Source: Carcharhinus amblyrhynchos (lineage: Eukaryota). From it: 64,000 nucleotides of DNA. The notes under the pieces are model-generated. The model had not been told where the DNA came from and ran no database searches. It worked only from the letters and a program-made list of their open reading frames with translations. Shown in pieces: positions 34,653 through 47,462 of this stretch. The DNA lies in the NCBI GenBank assembly GCA_965287045.1, contig OZ336877.1, positions 81,406,001 to 81,470,000 on the forward strand, read 5' to 3'. The translations under genes were made by a program, and so were the position numbers. Every line of letters begins with the position of its first letter. Position 1 is the first letter of the stretch.

Positions 34653-37587
34653 AACAATGAAAAAAACATTTAACAACAGATAGCAAGACAATCCTTAAAA
34701 TGCTTTTCAATACAATCGTTCACCATTTGTAAAAATCAGTTTATATAATGTCTTGTTGAGGATATCAAAATATATACTGTCTTCTATTGCTTCTCAGTAA
34801 TAGCCTCTGCTTGAAATTAAAGATAAGTTGTACACATGCCTTGAGACAAACTTCTCAGCTTTAAATATTTTCATGCTCATTGTCTTTAGTCTGAATAGCA
34901 TTTTTTTGAAGAATTAGGGAACAAATCCATCATTTTGGGAGAAAAAAAATCAAATGTTATTTTGTAGCAGTGCAATAAGTTTTGTGTATTTAATGTATTG
35001 CATACATTCAGGTCACTTTGATCTAGGAATGCAAGCCAAATAAGTGACAACCAGCTCTTTGAACTCTGCCACCGACACTTTGAGCTCATTACTTTTTAAG
35101 CTTAAAGCTAAGTACCAAAATAATATTTGTAAATGCTTAGGGCAAAACTGCTTTGATGAACTGACACCAATTACAAACTAAGAAATCCCTAATTACTACA
35201 TAACTGGACAGGAATAAATCTGTGTTGCATATGGGTTTGAGCATAATTCAGGGCATTGAATAGTACTGATGGTGCTTATTAAAAAGATTTTCATTTGCAG
35301 AACAGCAAAGGCATTTTCCAGCATAACTAAAAGCAGCTATAAATTTTCATTAGCTTCTGGAATGATACAATGTAATGGTCTCAAATAGTCCTTCCCAGAG
35401 TTATCTTTAGTTTTGTTAGTGTCCTCATATTTCTCAACAGGAAGACAATTGCAATCTGACTGGAATTCAGCATAATGATATTGCTGTGTCCTGAATTGAT
35501 CACTTCTCTTTTCAAAGCACTTGAGTTTTTCTTAATAGGATATATTAGCACAAGTGTTTTAAATGATTCCAATATATTTTCCCTGCACTATCAGAATTAG
35601 CTGGAACAAGTCTTTCCTAAGGGAAAATGCTTCTGTTTTAAAATAAGAATTTTGTTCCTGAATTTAAGCAACCACTTAATTTAAGGCCGCACAATTTAGT
35701 ATCCCACCCTTAGAAGCATAATTTCATTCTCCACATTTTTCCCTGGTTCAAATATTTATCCAAGTTTTCCAGCAAAAGTTAGTTATTCACCTGTACCCTG
35801 TGGGAAAGTCCTTCCCAAACTGGACCTCAGTGATGAACTGCTACTATTGCAGAAGTGCACGCTCTTCAGGCCTCTCTCACTTCACTGGCTTCTCCATTCT
35901 CAATAATAGAAGTTAAAACTAATCTGACTAGAACCTGGAATGTAACTTTTTTTTTGTAAATGTGTGGAATAACAAGAGAGATTTTAAAGTTTATTTTAGA
36001 AGAAAATTTGGTACTTTGAAAACAGTTTTCAAGGATAGAATGTGAAATTGAATAACTCAGTTCAGGTACAGCAATTGCAATGCAAAACTTCAAGGTCTAC
36101 TTGATTTTTTGCCAGAAAACCTAGTGGCCACAGGTTGAATTCCTGTCTCTTAAACTGAATGTAATATGTTGGCATGAAGTCGCTTTAACACATATCAAAG
36201 ATAAATGTTTTAATCTTTGTTCTTCCTTTTGCTGTTTCACATTTTAATAAAAACATTTTGATCTTTCTCAAATCTTTTTGTTTCCTTTGGATGTACATTT
36301 TGGTCAGAATTTCAATTGAAGAGTTCATCCAGGGTAACAATTAATCTGCTCAGCTGTTTAGTGACATTAGTTACCTTGGATTTCAAAGACTTGATAAAAT
36401 ATCGGATTCTTGGATCCTGGGATTGTTTACCTGGTTATTGAAACTTTGAGTAGAGGATTTTTATCATTAAAGTGCACTGAGCAATGGACATTTTATTTAC
36501 TAGTAACTTTAAATCAAATTTAATTGCAACCACACTAACCAAATCCTGACAGCGCGGCGATTTAGATTTGCTTCAAATAAGAAACTAGTTTTCTACTTTC
36601 TACAGTTCTTAAAACTGTAGGAGAAAAATATTTTGGGTAGGGAAAGGGAGGAAATTATAATGCAGTCCTGGTTCATGAGTTTGTAATAGGGTTGAATTTT
36701 ATCCAGTCAAGTCCGTAAATTAGTGATGTATCACTATATATTGATTGCAGGCTCATGTACATTTTGGACAAACCCTGGCCCGCACCTTTAGGATTAAGAT
36801 GAGAGGTTGCTCATGATTTCACTGAACAAGAAAATGCATGTGATTTCCTAAAGGATCAAAACTTAATTAACCTCATCCAGTGGCTATTATATTCAGCAGG
36901 AAAATGTGAAACTCTTTGATGCATAATGAATTCTGTACTTTCAATAGCTGGAGGCAAATTCACTGGGCGATTGCCAGTTTGGAAAGATCATTTTCAGTTT
37001 GCAACTAAGCCGCAATAAGTTTGGAAAAGATGCATAGTGCTCCTTGAAGGATTGTTACTGATAGTCAAATCTGCTTTATGGTTTCTGGCTAAGTCCAAAC
37101 ATGGAATGGTGCTGTGTTAAGAATTTGCATTCTGGTAATCTTTACTACTCTGCACACTTTAAGTATGTTGTGTATAGTCCTGATAAGGTATTATTTTTGG
37201 ATGCTGAGAACAATGTAGTTATAATGTTCACTTGGTTCACCACTGAATTAACAACAGAAGAATATGTCAGATATATGCTAAGCTCTTTTCATTAATTTCC
37301 AATTTGGCTCAAACGTTTTCTAACAATGTTGAGCAGAGCAGTGTAGGGGAAGGGCTTTGTAATTTTTATTTTCCCCTGGGGCTATATTTTGTCCTCATCT
37401 ATTACTATTAGATGTTTTTAGACCCAGAGTTTAATGCCTAATGGGCCGCAGACCTACCGTGGTGGGATTTTGACTATATGAGACTTCACAGTCAAACCAA
37501 TTTGATTGCCTGTTAATTTGATGTCCACTGGCACATTATTCCAATGGATGATACAGGATTGTGATATGCAGAAGGAACCTTAAACAA

Positions 37588-40350
37588 GGGAACAGAATAT
37601 CCAGGGGTATCAGGTGTTTAGGAAGGATAGATGGGAGGAAAAAGGGGGTGGGGTAGCTCTGTTTAATTAAGGATAATATCAGAATGGTAGTAAGAGAAGA
37701 TATAGGCTCCAAAGAGCAAAACGTGGAATCGTTGTGGGTGAAGATAAGGAATAGTAAGGGGAGGAAGACGCTGGTGGGTGTGGTCTATAGACCCCCCAAA
37801 TAATAACTTTGAGGTGGGGCGGGCTATAAACAAACAAATAATTGATGCGTGCAGAAACAGAACAGCAATAATTATGGGGGATTTTAATCTGTATATTGAT
37901 TGAATGACCCAAGTCGGACACGGTGGGCTTGAGGAAGAGTTCTTGGAATGCTGTCAGGATAGTTTCCTTGAACAGTATGTATCGGAACCTATGCAGGAGC
38001 GAGCTACCTTAGATCTGGTACTGTGTGACGAGGCAGGTAGAATTAGGGATCTTCTAGTGAGGGATCCTCTTGGGACGAGTGATCATAGTATGGTTGAATT
38101 TCTGATGCAGATGGAGGATGAGAAAGTAGGGTCCCAAACCCGTGTCCTCTGTTTGAACAGAGGGGAGTATGATAGGATGAGAGCGGAATTGGAGAATGTA
38201 GATTGGGGCCGCAGATTGGTTGGTAGGACAGCTGAGGAACAGTGGAGGATTTTTAAGGAGATCTTTTTCAGTACTCAGCAGATATATATTCCGATGGTAA
38301 AGAAGGACCGTAGGAGAAGGGATAACCAGCCATGGTTATCGAAGGAAATAAAGGAGAGTATTGAATTAAAAGCTGATGCGTTCAGAGTGGCTAAAAATAG
38401 TGGGCGATTAGAAGATTGGGAAAGATTTAAAAAACGACAAAGAATGACTAAGAAGGTGATAAAGAAAGGAAAGATAGAGTATGAAGCTAAACTAGCTCTA
38501 AATATAAAAAATGACAGTAAAAGTTTTTACAAATATATAAAGAAGAGACTGGCTAGAGTGAAGGTTGCACCCTTGGAGGACTAGAGGGGGGATTTAGCGG
38601 TGGGCGATGAGGAAGTGGCTGAGGCTTTAAATAAGTTTTTTGTGCCGGTCTTCACGGAGGAGGACACAAATAGTTTGCCGGATATTAAAGATAGAAGGAT
38701 GGTAGGAGATGAGGTCCTTAATGCGATCACTGTCACTAGAGAGGTAGTGCTTGATAGACTAACAGGACTGAAGGTAGACAAGTCCCCAGGACCGGATGGA
38801 ATGCGTCCCAGGGTTCTGAAAGACATGGCGGGGTGATAGCGGATGCCTTGGTAATTATTTATCAAAATTCGCTGGACTCCGGGGAAGTGCCGGAAGATTG
38901 GAAAATGGCTAATGTTATGCCGCTGTTCAAAAAAGGCAGCAGACAAAAGGCAGGGAATTATAGGCCGGTTAGTTTAACGTCTGTAGTTGGAAAAATGCTA
39001 GAATCCGTCATCAAAGAAGAAATAGTGAGGCACCTAGAAAAGAACGGTTTGATCAAGCAGACGCAGCATGGATTCGTTATGGGGAAGTCGTGTTTAACGA
39101 ATTTACTGGATTTCTGAGGATGTGACTAGTGTGGTAGACAGAGGGGAACAGGTGGATGTGGTGTTTTTAGAGTTCCAGAAGGCGTTTGATAAGGTGCCTC
39201 ACAAAAGGTTGCTGCAAAAGGTTAGGATGCACGGAGTTGGGGGTAAGGTGTTAGCGTGGATAGAGGATTGGTTGTCTAATGGGAAGCAGAGAGTTAGAAT
39301 CAATGGGTGCTATTCTGGTTGGTGACTAGTGGAGTGCCACAGAGATCAGTGCTGGCGCCTCAACTGTTTACCATTTACATAGATGATCTGGAGGAGGGGG
39401 CTGAGTGTAGGGTAACAAAATTTGCTGATGACACAAAGATGAGTGGAAAAGCGAATTGCATGGAAGGCGCGGAAAGTCTGCAGAGAGATCTGGATAGGCT
39501 GAGTGAATGGGTGAGGACCTGGCAGATGGAGTATAACGTTAGCAAATGTGAGGTTATCCACTTTGGCAGAAATAATAGAAGGAGGGATTATTATTTAAGA
39601 GGCGAAAAGCTGCAGCATGCTGCAGAGGGACCTGGGGGTCCTTGTGCATGAGTCGCAAAAACCCAGTCTGCAGGTGCAGCAGGTGATCAAGAAGGCTAAT
39701 GAAATGTTACCCCTTTATAGCGAGGGGGATAGAATATAAAAGTAGGGAGGTCTTGCTGCAACTGTACAGGGTACTGGTGAGGTCGCAACTGGAGTACTGT
39801 GTGCAGTTTTGGTCACCGCATTTGCAGAAGGTTATATTGGCCTTGAAGGGAGTGCAAAGAAGGTTCACTAGGCTGATATCGGAGATGAGGTGGTTAGCCT
39901 ATGAGGAGGGATTGAATAGACTGGGTCTGTACTCGGAGTTTAGAAGGCTGAGGAGGGATCTTATAGAGACATATAAGATAATGAAGGGGATAGATAAAGT
40001 AGAGGTAGAGAGATTCTTCCCGCTTAGAAAGGATAGCAGAACTAGAGGGCACAGCCTCAAAATACGGGGGTAGAGGGGGCAGTTTAGATCGGAGTTGAGG
40101 AGGAACTTCTTCACTCAAAGGGTGGTGAGTCTCTGGAATTCTCTGCCCATTGAAGTGGTGGAGGCTACCTCGCTGAATATATTTAAGTCACGGGTAGATA
40201 GGTTTCTGATAGACAAGGGAATTAAGGATTATGGGGAGAAAGTGGGAAAGTGGAACTGATCTACTTCAGATCAGCCATGATCTCGCTGAATGGCGGGGCA
40301 GGCTCGAAGGGCTAAATGGCCTACTCCTGCTCCTATTTCTTATGTTCTTA
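37588..40350 (+). mobile_element. CR1 LINE, ~2.8 kb of ORF2 (endonuclease and RT) with stops and frameshifts
   Basis: ORFs 37904-38584, 38833-39117 (NYRPVSLTS, QHGF), 39122-39325 (KAFDKVPH), 39307-39651 (FADD) and 39699-40073; TTCTTATG tail. Confidence 0.95.
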
Positions 40351-40727
40351 ATTTGTTCTCCTTAAAGAAGGACATTGAGCCTATGCTAGAATCCCCGTGC
40401 TAGGTTAGTTGAGAGTAACTCAATAAGAATATACCAGAAATCAAAAGCACCTTGTCACACATGATTCTGTTAATCATTGAACAAACACCCTTAGAAAATA
40501 GTCTAGATACTTCACTGAATTACCTTTAACTTTCAGGTTCTGTTATAAGGGCTTGAATCAATTGTAATCCTTTTGCTGTTGGCATAAAACAAGCATTGGA
40601 AGGCCACATCCTCCAGATAGCAAAGGAGCAACAAGAAATATAGGGTGAGTAAGTTATGAATATAACTCTGGTCTTGAAGAGAGTTTTTAGTTTTAGAACA
40701 ACCTGGTCTCAAAGCAAGAAATGTCTC

Positions 40728-41047
40728 AGAATCATAGAAACCCTACAGTGCAGGAAGAGACCATTTGGCCCATTGAGTCTGCACTGACCATGATCCCACC
40801 CAGGCCCTACCCCCATATGCCTACATATTTACCTGCTAATCCCTTTAACCTACGCATCTCAGGATACTGAGGGGCAATTTTGGCATGGCCAATCAACCTA
40901 ACCCGCACATCTTTGGACTGTGGGAGGAAACCCATGCAGACTCGAGAATGTGCAAACTCCACACAGATGGTGACCCAAAGTGGGAATCAAACCCAGGTCC
41001 CTGCAGCTGTGAAGCAGCAGTGCTAACCACTATGCTACCATGCCGCC
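40728..41047 (-). mobile_element. HE1-type V-SINE
   Basis: tRNA head, V-domain and CR1-type tail on the minus strand. Confidence 0.9.
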
Positions 41048-42815
41048 ATCTCCTTCCGGCAGAATCCATTTGGTATTCTAGCTAAAAGCATTTTAAACCT
41101 CTTGTTAACTGGAGCATTCCTAATGGTGAATTAGACTTCTGGGATAGCAAATCTGAGAAGAGGGAGAGATAATTACAAATGCAAGACTGCAGGGTTAGAG
41201 AATAAAGATCAGGAGGGTCTGACCCATGGTGATTCTGATTAAGATGCTGGGAATCTGGCACTGTGAATCGGTAGTGGGAAGCCTGAAGGAGAAACATATC
41301 AGAAGGAAGAAATCCAAACAGCCCAACAATTTTGATTGACCAAGTGGTTAATCTTTCAAGTTTTTAATACATATCTGACTTGAGTTTTAGGACAAAGTAA
41401 AATGGGTGTAACAGGAAATTTGAGTTAAATTTGGCTTAGAAAATAAGTAATTGTGTTCATTGTATATCATTATTATCTTAGTAGTTAGTTAAATTATAGT
41501 TCTGAATATTAATTTTATAAATTAATCTAGATTTCTATTAAGTAAAATTATTTTGCTTTAAACTGTGACCTTGTATCTTCTTTTTTTTGGTAAATATGAG
41601 TTGAAGTGGAGCAATGATGATACAGGCTGAAATGTTCACCATCATTATCATCGCAAAACCCAGACCGGTGGATCAAGCATCTTTCAATGCATCCAAGTGT
41701 CCACCTGAAATGGGCTTTTAATTCCTTAAATGTGCATATCAGGGCTCCGGTCTCGCTTCAGGTCCTCAAATATATGGGTACAAATACAATTTCTGCCTGA
41801 TTTTACAAGGTGTTGAGTGACTTAGCGAGAGACCTTAAATCGATCACTGGAGGTTGCAGAACAGAAAGGTGCCCAGGAGCAAGGAATGCTCAATTTGAAC
41901 CCACGGAACCACCAGTCAGTAGCCAGAGCAGAGAAGACTGCTAGCGATTGCTCTTTCTACTACCTTCTGCCTCCTTGATATTGGCCAGCTTGGAGTATCA
42001 ACAGACAATTCTTCATCTTCCTAGGCCATCTAGTTGCAACAGGGGGATGTTTTGGTGCCGACTGTTCAACAGCAGTATTTTAAGTGAATCCCAAAGTTGA
42101 ATTTGTGTCAAGTCTCAGGGAGGCATAGCTGGCCCGTGCAGTTATCCCTCCATCAACTTTGTACCCATTTGGATACAAGTGCAATTTCTATCAGTCTAAG
42201 TAGAAGGATGCTTAACTTCAAGTTGTTTAAATTAACCTGCACTGCTGCACAGTCATAAAGGGCAAGTTAAATGTAAGGACTGGCATTGATACCGAGCAAT
42301 AGGAAGCAATTTGTTTTTTAATGAAAATGGAACAATGTGTGCTTTGCTCTCATTAATGTGATAATGAGTCCCGTTTGCAGAAATTTGCAGAGTTGTTCCT
42401 ATGGAAAAAAATATGGACACCCTTTTATTTTTCAATGAAAGAATTAACTTCAGCCCCCAGAGTTTCTCTTGTATCTATGATTAATTAGCTAGCCTTTTTT
42501 TTAAATTAGTTTGTTTAAAAGCCTTCACTTTCAACACTAGCTTTATCATGTGAAATAGATGTGTGTGAATGGCACCACACCAGCTTAAAGTAGCAAAAGG
42601 AGGGAGGGTGATTCAAAGTTTGCCCCTCTCACAATGGTATGTAACACGTTAGCAATATCAGCTAAATGGGGTCAAGGGAGAAGGTTAAGTAGTTAGCAGT
42701 TCAGTGGAATTGAGTCAGGGATGCAGGAAGTGAATCTAGTGATCAATGGGAGCTCAGAGGAAATAAGGGAAGGCAGAGAAACTGGAGGAAGATGTGTGTT
42801 AAGGTCTAGTGAAGA

Positions 42816-45800
42816 TAAGAACATAAGAAATAGGAGCAGGAGTGGGCCATCTAGCCCTTCGAGCCTGCCCCGCCATTCAGTAAGATCATGGCTGATCTGT
42901 CGTGGCTCAGTTCCACATTCCCGCCCTCTCCCCATAACCCTTAATCCCCTCTCTTATCAAAAACCCATCAACCCGCGTCTTAAAAATATTTAGCGAAGTA
43001 GCCTCCACCACTTCAACGGGCAGAGAATTCCAGAGATTCACCACCCTTTGAGTGAAGAAGTTCCTCCTCAACTCCGTTCTAAACCGCCCCCCCTTTATCT
43101 TGAGGCTGTGCCCCCAAGTCCTACTATCCTTTCTGAGCGGGAAGAGTCTCTCCACCTCTATCCTATCCATCCCATTCATCATCTTATACGTCTCAATGAG
43201 ATCTCCCCTCATTCTTCTAAACTCCAACGAGTATAAGCCCAGTTTATTCAGCCTCTCCTCATTGCTCAACCCCCTCAACTCCGGCATCAGCCTAGTAAAC
43301 CTCCTGTGCACTCCCTCCAAGGCCAAAATATCCTTGCGTAAGTACGGCGCCCAAAACTGCACACAATACTCCAGCTGCGGCCTCACCAATGCCCTATACA
43401 ACCGCAGCAAGACCTCCCTACTTTTATATTCAATCCCCCTCGCTATGAAGGCCAGCATCCCATTAGCCTTCCTGACCACCTGCTGCACCTGCAAGCTGGG
43501 TTTTTGCGACTCATACACAAGGACCCCTAGGTCCCTCTGCACTGTCGCCTGCTGCAGTTTTTCGCCACGTAAGTAATAATCCTTCCTACCATTATTCCTA
43601 CCAAAGTGGACCACCTCGCACTTGCCAACATTAAATTCCATTTGCCAGTTCCTGGCCCATTCGCCCAGCCTATCTAGATCCGTCTGTAGACTCTCCACAC
43701 CCTCCGCACAATTTGCCGTTCCACCAATCTTGGTGTCATCAGCAAATTTCGACACCATACACTCAGTTCCCTCCTCCAGATCATCTATATAAATGGTAAA
43801 TAGCTGAGGCCCCAGCACCGACCCCTGAGGCACTCCACTAGTCACCAACCGCCAATCCGAATAGCACCCATTTACCCCCACTCTCTGCCTCCTATTTGAC
43901 AACCAATCCTCTATCCACGCTAACACCCTACCCCCAACTCCATGTCCCCTGACCTTCTGCAATAACCTCTTGTGAGGTACCTTGTCAAACGCCTTCTGAA
44001 AATCAAGAAAGACCACATCCACCAGCTCTCCTCTATCCACCGCCCTAGACACATCCTCATAGAACTCCAGTAAATTTGTCAGACACGACTTCCCTTTAAC
44101 GAAACCGTGCTGCGTCTGCTCTATCAAGCAATTCCCCTCAAGATGCCTCGCTATTTCCTCCTTGATGACGGATTCTAACATTTTACCTACAACAGACGTT
44201 AAACTAACCGGCCTATAATTCCCTGCCTTTTGCCTGGCACCCTTCTTAAACAACGGCGTAAGATTAGCCGTTTTCCAATCTTCCGGCACTTCCCCGGAAT
44301 CCAGCGACGTCTGGAAAATAACCACCAAGGCATCCACTATCACCTCCGCCATTTCTTTCAGAACCCTCGGATGCATTCCATCCGGTCCTGGCGACTTGTC
44401 CACTATCAGCCCCTCCAGTCTGTCGAGCACCGCCTCTCTAGTAACAGTAATGTCATTAAGGCCCTCCAGTCCTACCATCTTTCCATCTCTAACACCCGGC
44501 AAATTATTCATGTCTTCCTCCGTGAAGACCGAAACAAAAAAGTTATTCAAGACCTCAGCCATTTCCCCATCCCCTACCACTAAGTCCCCCTTCTCATCCT
44601 CTAAGGGACCAACGTTCACCCTAGCCAGCCTCTTCCTTTTTATATATTTATAAAAACTCTTGCTATCCTTTTTTATATTAAGCACTAGCCCAGCTTCATA
44701 GTTTCTCCTACCCTTCTTTGTCAACTTCTTTGTCAATCTTTGTTGACATTTAAACCTCTCTCAATCCTCTTCTTGCCCACTACTCTTAGCTACTCTAAAC
44801 GCCTCCGCTCTTAATTTAACACTTTCCTTCACCTCCTTCGTTATCCATGGCTTATTACCTCTCCTCCTAGGGTCCTTTTTAACCATCGGAATAAATTTCT
44901 GCTGAGCACCAAGAAAGATCTCCTTAAAGATCCTCCACTGCTCCTCAGCAGACCTACCTTCCAACGCGCTCCCCCAGTCCACATTCGCCAATTCTTCTCT
45001 CATCCTACCGTGCTCCCCTCTGTTCAAACAAAGGACGCATGTCCGGGAACCCACTTTCTCCTCCTCCATCTGCACCAGAAACTCCACCATACAATGATCA
45101 TTCTCCCCAAGAGGATCCTTCACCACAAGGTCCCTAATTCTACCCGCCTCATTACATAACACCAGATCCAAGATAGCTTGCTCCCTCGTCGGCTCCAACA
45201 CACACTGTTCAAGGAAACTATCCCGGCAGCATTCCAAGAACAACTCCTCGAGCCCACCGCGTCCAACATGGGTCGACCAATCAATATGTAGATTGAAATC
45301 CCCCATAACTACGGCCGTCCCATTCCTGCACGCCACACTTATTTGCGCATTAACAGCCCGCCCCACCTCCAGATCATTATTCGGGGGCCTATAGATGACA
45401 CCCACCAGCGTCTTCCTCCCTTTGCTGTTCCCAATCTCTACCCACAACGATTCCACTTTCTGCTCCTTGGCTCCAGTATCATCCCTTGCTCCCACCCTGA
45501 TGCTATCCTTAATCAGCAGAGCTACGCACCCCCCCCCCCCACTTTTTCCTCCCGCCTATCCTTCCTAAACACTTGATACCCCTGGACATTCAGCTTCCAG
45601 TCCCTGTCACCTTGCAGCCACGTCTCTGTAATGGCCACCAGATCATATCCATTTGTGCCGAACTGCGCCACCAGCTCATCCACTTTATTCCGAATGCTTC
45701 ATGCATTCAGATAAAGCGCCTTCATCCCAGCCTTCACCTGGACCCTATTTGCCGTAATGCCACCAACCATACTCACGCCCCCTACTCCCTCTATTATTGG

Positions 45801-45881
45801 GACATCCTCGGCCTCTACCCTTACCTGTACCCTCTCCTTAACTTTAGACCCCGTAATGTCACCTACCCTCGCACCCTCCTC
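42816..45881 (-). mobile_element. Young CR1 LINE, ~3.1 kb covering all of ORF2 with few disablements
   Basis: Begins MKALYLNA*SIRNKVDEL near 45720; endonuclease ORF 44761-45495; RT ORF 42907-44736; TAAGAACATAAGAA tail. Confidence 0.95.
42907..44736 (-). CDS. CR1 ORF2 reverse transcriptase portion (609 aa uninterrupted), TE-derived
   Basis: KSPGPDG, NYRPVSLTS, QHGF, DFQKAFDKVPH, GVPQGSVLGP and FADD motifs are all intact. Confidence 0.9.
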   Translation of the reverse strand: MTKKLTKKGRRNYEAGLVLNIKKDSKSFYKYIKRKRLARVNVGPLEDEKGDLVVGDGEMAEVLNNFFVSVFTEEDMNNLPGVRDGKMVGLEGLNDITVTREAVLDRLEGLIVDKSPGPDGMHPRVLKEMAEVIVDALVVIFQTSLDSGEVPEDWKTANLTPLFKKGARQKAGNYRPVSLTSVVGKMLESVIKEEIARHLEGNCLIEQTQHGFVKGKSCLTNLLEFYEDVSRAVDRGELVDVVFLDFQKAFDKVPHKRLLQKVRGHGVGGRVLAWIEDWLSNRRQRVGVNGCYSDWRLVTSGVPQGSVLGPQLFTIYIDDLEEGTECMVSKFADDTKIGGTANCAEGVESLQTDLDRLGEWARNWQMEFNVGKCEVVHFGRNNGRKDYYLRGEKLQQATVQRDLGVLVYESQKPSLQVQQVVRKANGMLAFIARGIEYKSREVLLRLYRALVRPQLEYCVQFWAPYLRKDILALEGVHRRFTRLMPELRGLSNEERLNKLGLYSLEFRRMRGDLIETYKMMNGMDRIEVERLFPLRKDSRTWGHSLKIKGGRFRTELRRNFFTQRVVNLWNSLPVEVVEATSLNIFKTRVDGFLIREGIKGYGERAGMWN

Positions 45882-47462
45882 AAAGGTTCAGAGGAAGATT
45901 GGGCTCATCGGTGAGAGTGAAACAACAGATGATCAGATGATCTCGATCCCAATGATGAAGCCCATGAGCTCATTTCAATAATTATTTTGCCAAGAGCCAC
46001 ATTAGCCGCAGAAATATGCTCATCATGAGTACAGCTACATACTGTTGAATGCTAAAATCCCATTCAAGTTTTCCCAAGTCCACTGTTGGAATGCTGAAGC
46101 ATGTGGGGTGAGATGTGGAGCCATACGTGTGATTATCCCTTCACTCATATCACTTCCTTGAATTGCCACAGTCAACCGCTTACTCTTAGTAACAGACAAT
46201 ATGAGTGATAGAATGGATTATCTTGAGTTATATTTCAACAAGATCCTTCCTGATAAAAGCTGGATTAACCAGGCCTACTAATAGCATTCCAACTTAATCC
46301 CTAACCGCAAAGAAGGATGACACAGCACTATCTCTTATTTTGATGCTGAGGCACAGCCAAGCAGATTGGACGGAGACTCAGAAGCATGTGTTTGCTGAGA
46401 GTTATAAGTAAAGGGGAGGACAGCCACAAATACCCTCAGGGCCCCACTGTAAGTACTGTTGATCTTGGGAGAAGGCAGTCAGTTGGTTTACTTTATCAAA
46501 TGTTTCCTCTACAGAATCATTACTACAAGCACAAAGGGGAAGTTGAAATTAGAAATTAGAAATTCTTTAAATTAGAGATGAGGGTGAAATCATGCTTATC
46601 ATGCCTTTCACTGCTGATGCCACTAGACTTTGAATAATCAATGGAAGGGCATGTATCTAGTATGGGGCTGGTGGATGCAATCATCATTGCAAGCACACCT
46701 CCAGTGCACACCTGTCTCATGTAACTGGAAATTATAGTGCTCATTTATAGGTTATGAAGGGAAATTGTATAGGCTTGCTCCTATCTTGCCACACTCCAAT
46801 TTTTATGTTGACCTCTATTCAAATTCACTGAATGTTTCAAAAATAGCTTTTATACTAATTTGCATTTGGCTGCAAAATATATCTAGTCCTATCTGTTTCT
46901 ATTGTGGAGGATGTAGGTATTGGCAATGCCTTCGGCACGGTGAGGAAGGAGTTTGGAAGTTGCTGTGCAAATTTGGCTGTAATGTTAAAATTGTTGATGT
47001 AACCAGGCAACTTCACAAGGCATGATGGGTACAATAATGGAAACACATCTGAAACATTTCCTGCAGAATATTTAAGACTAAATACTGATTCTGAGCCTTT
47101 CCTGGCTCTTTTGCACAGCTACACTATATGATGCCATGACAGATTTGCATAAAGCAATCGATGTACAATACTGAATAAACATTTTCAATCTTAGAAGATT
47201 AAATGACAAAAGTAAGATCAGATAGCTCATCGTTGTACAGTTTTGTGAACAGGCACTAACCCATCCATTCTGAAGCTGCTCTGCAGCATATCATTGATTA
47301 ATTTGCTGGATCAGCCCAGGTTGACCATCAGCTTAACATAAATATCCAGATTGCGCCACAGCTTGCAGTAAACTGAAAATTGTGGTTAGACATACAAGTT
47401 AACTGCAATTGCTAGTTTTACGTATCTAGGCATTGTATTCGGTTGGGTTGCAGCTTTGAACT

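Noticed and set aside
43052-44653. Long antisense ORFs over LINE RT regions (also 49815-50586 and others)
   Set aside because: They are shadow ORFs opposite RT coding sequence.
42800-45900. TSD for the 42816-45881 LINE (AAGGTCTAGTGAAGAT vs AAGGTTCAGAGGAAGAT)
   Set aside because: Too many mismatches for such a young insertion.
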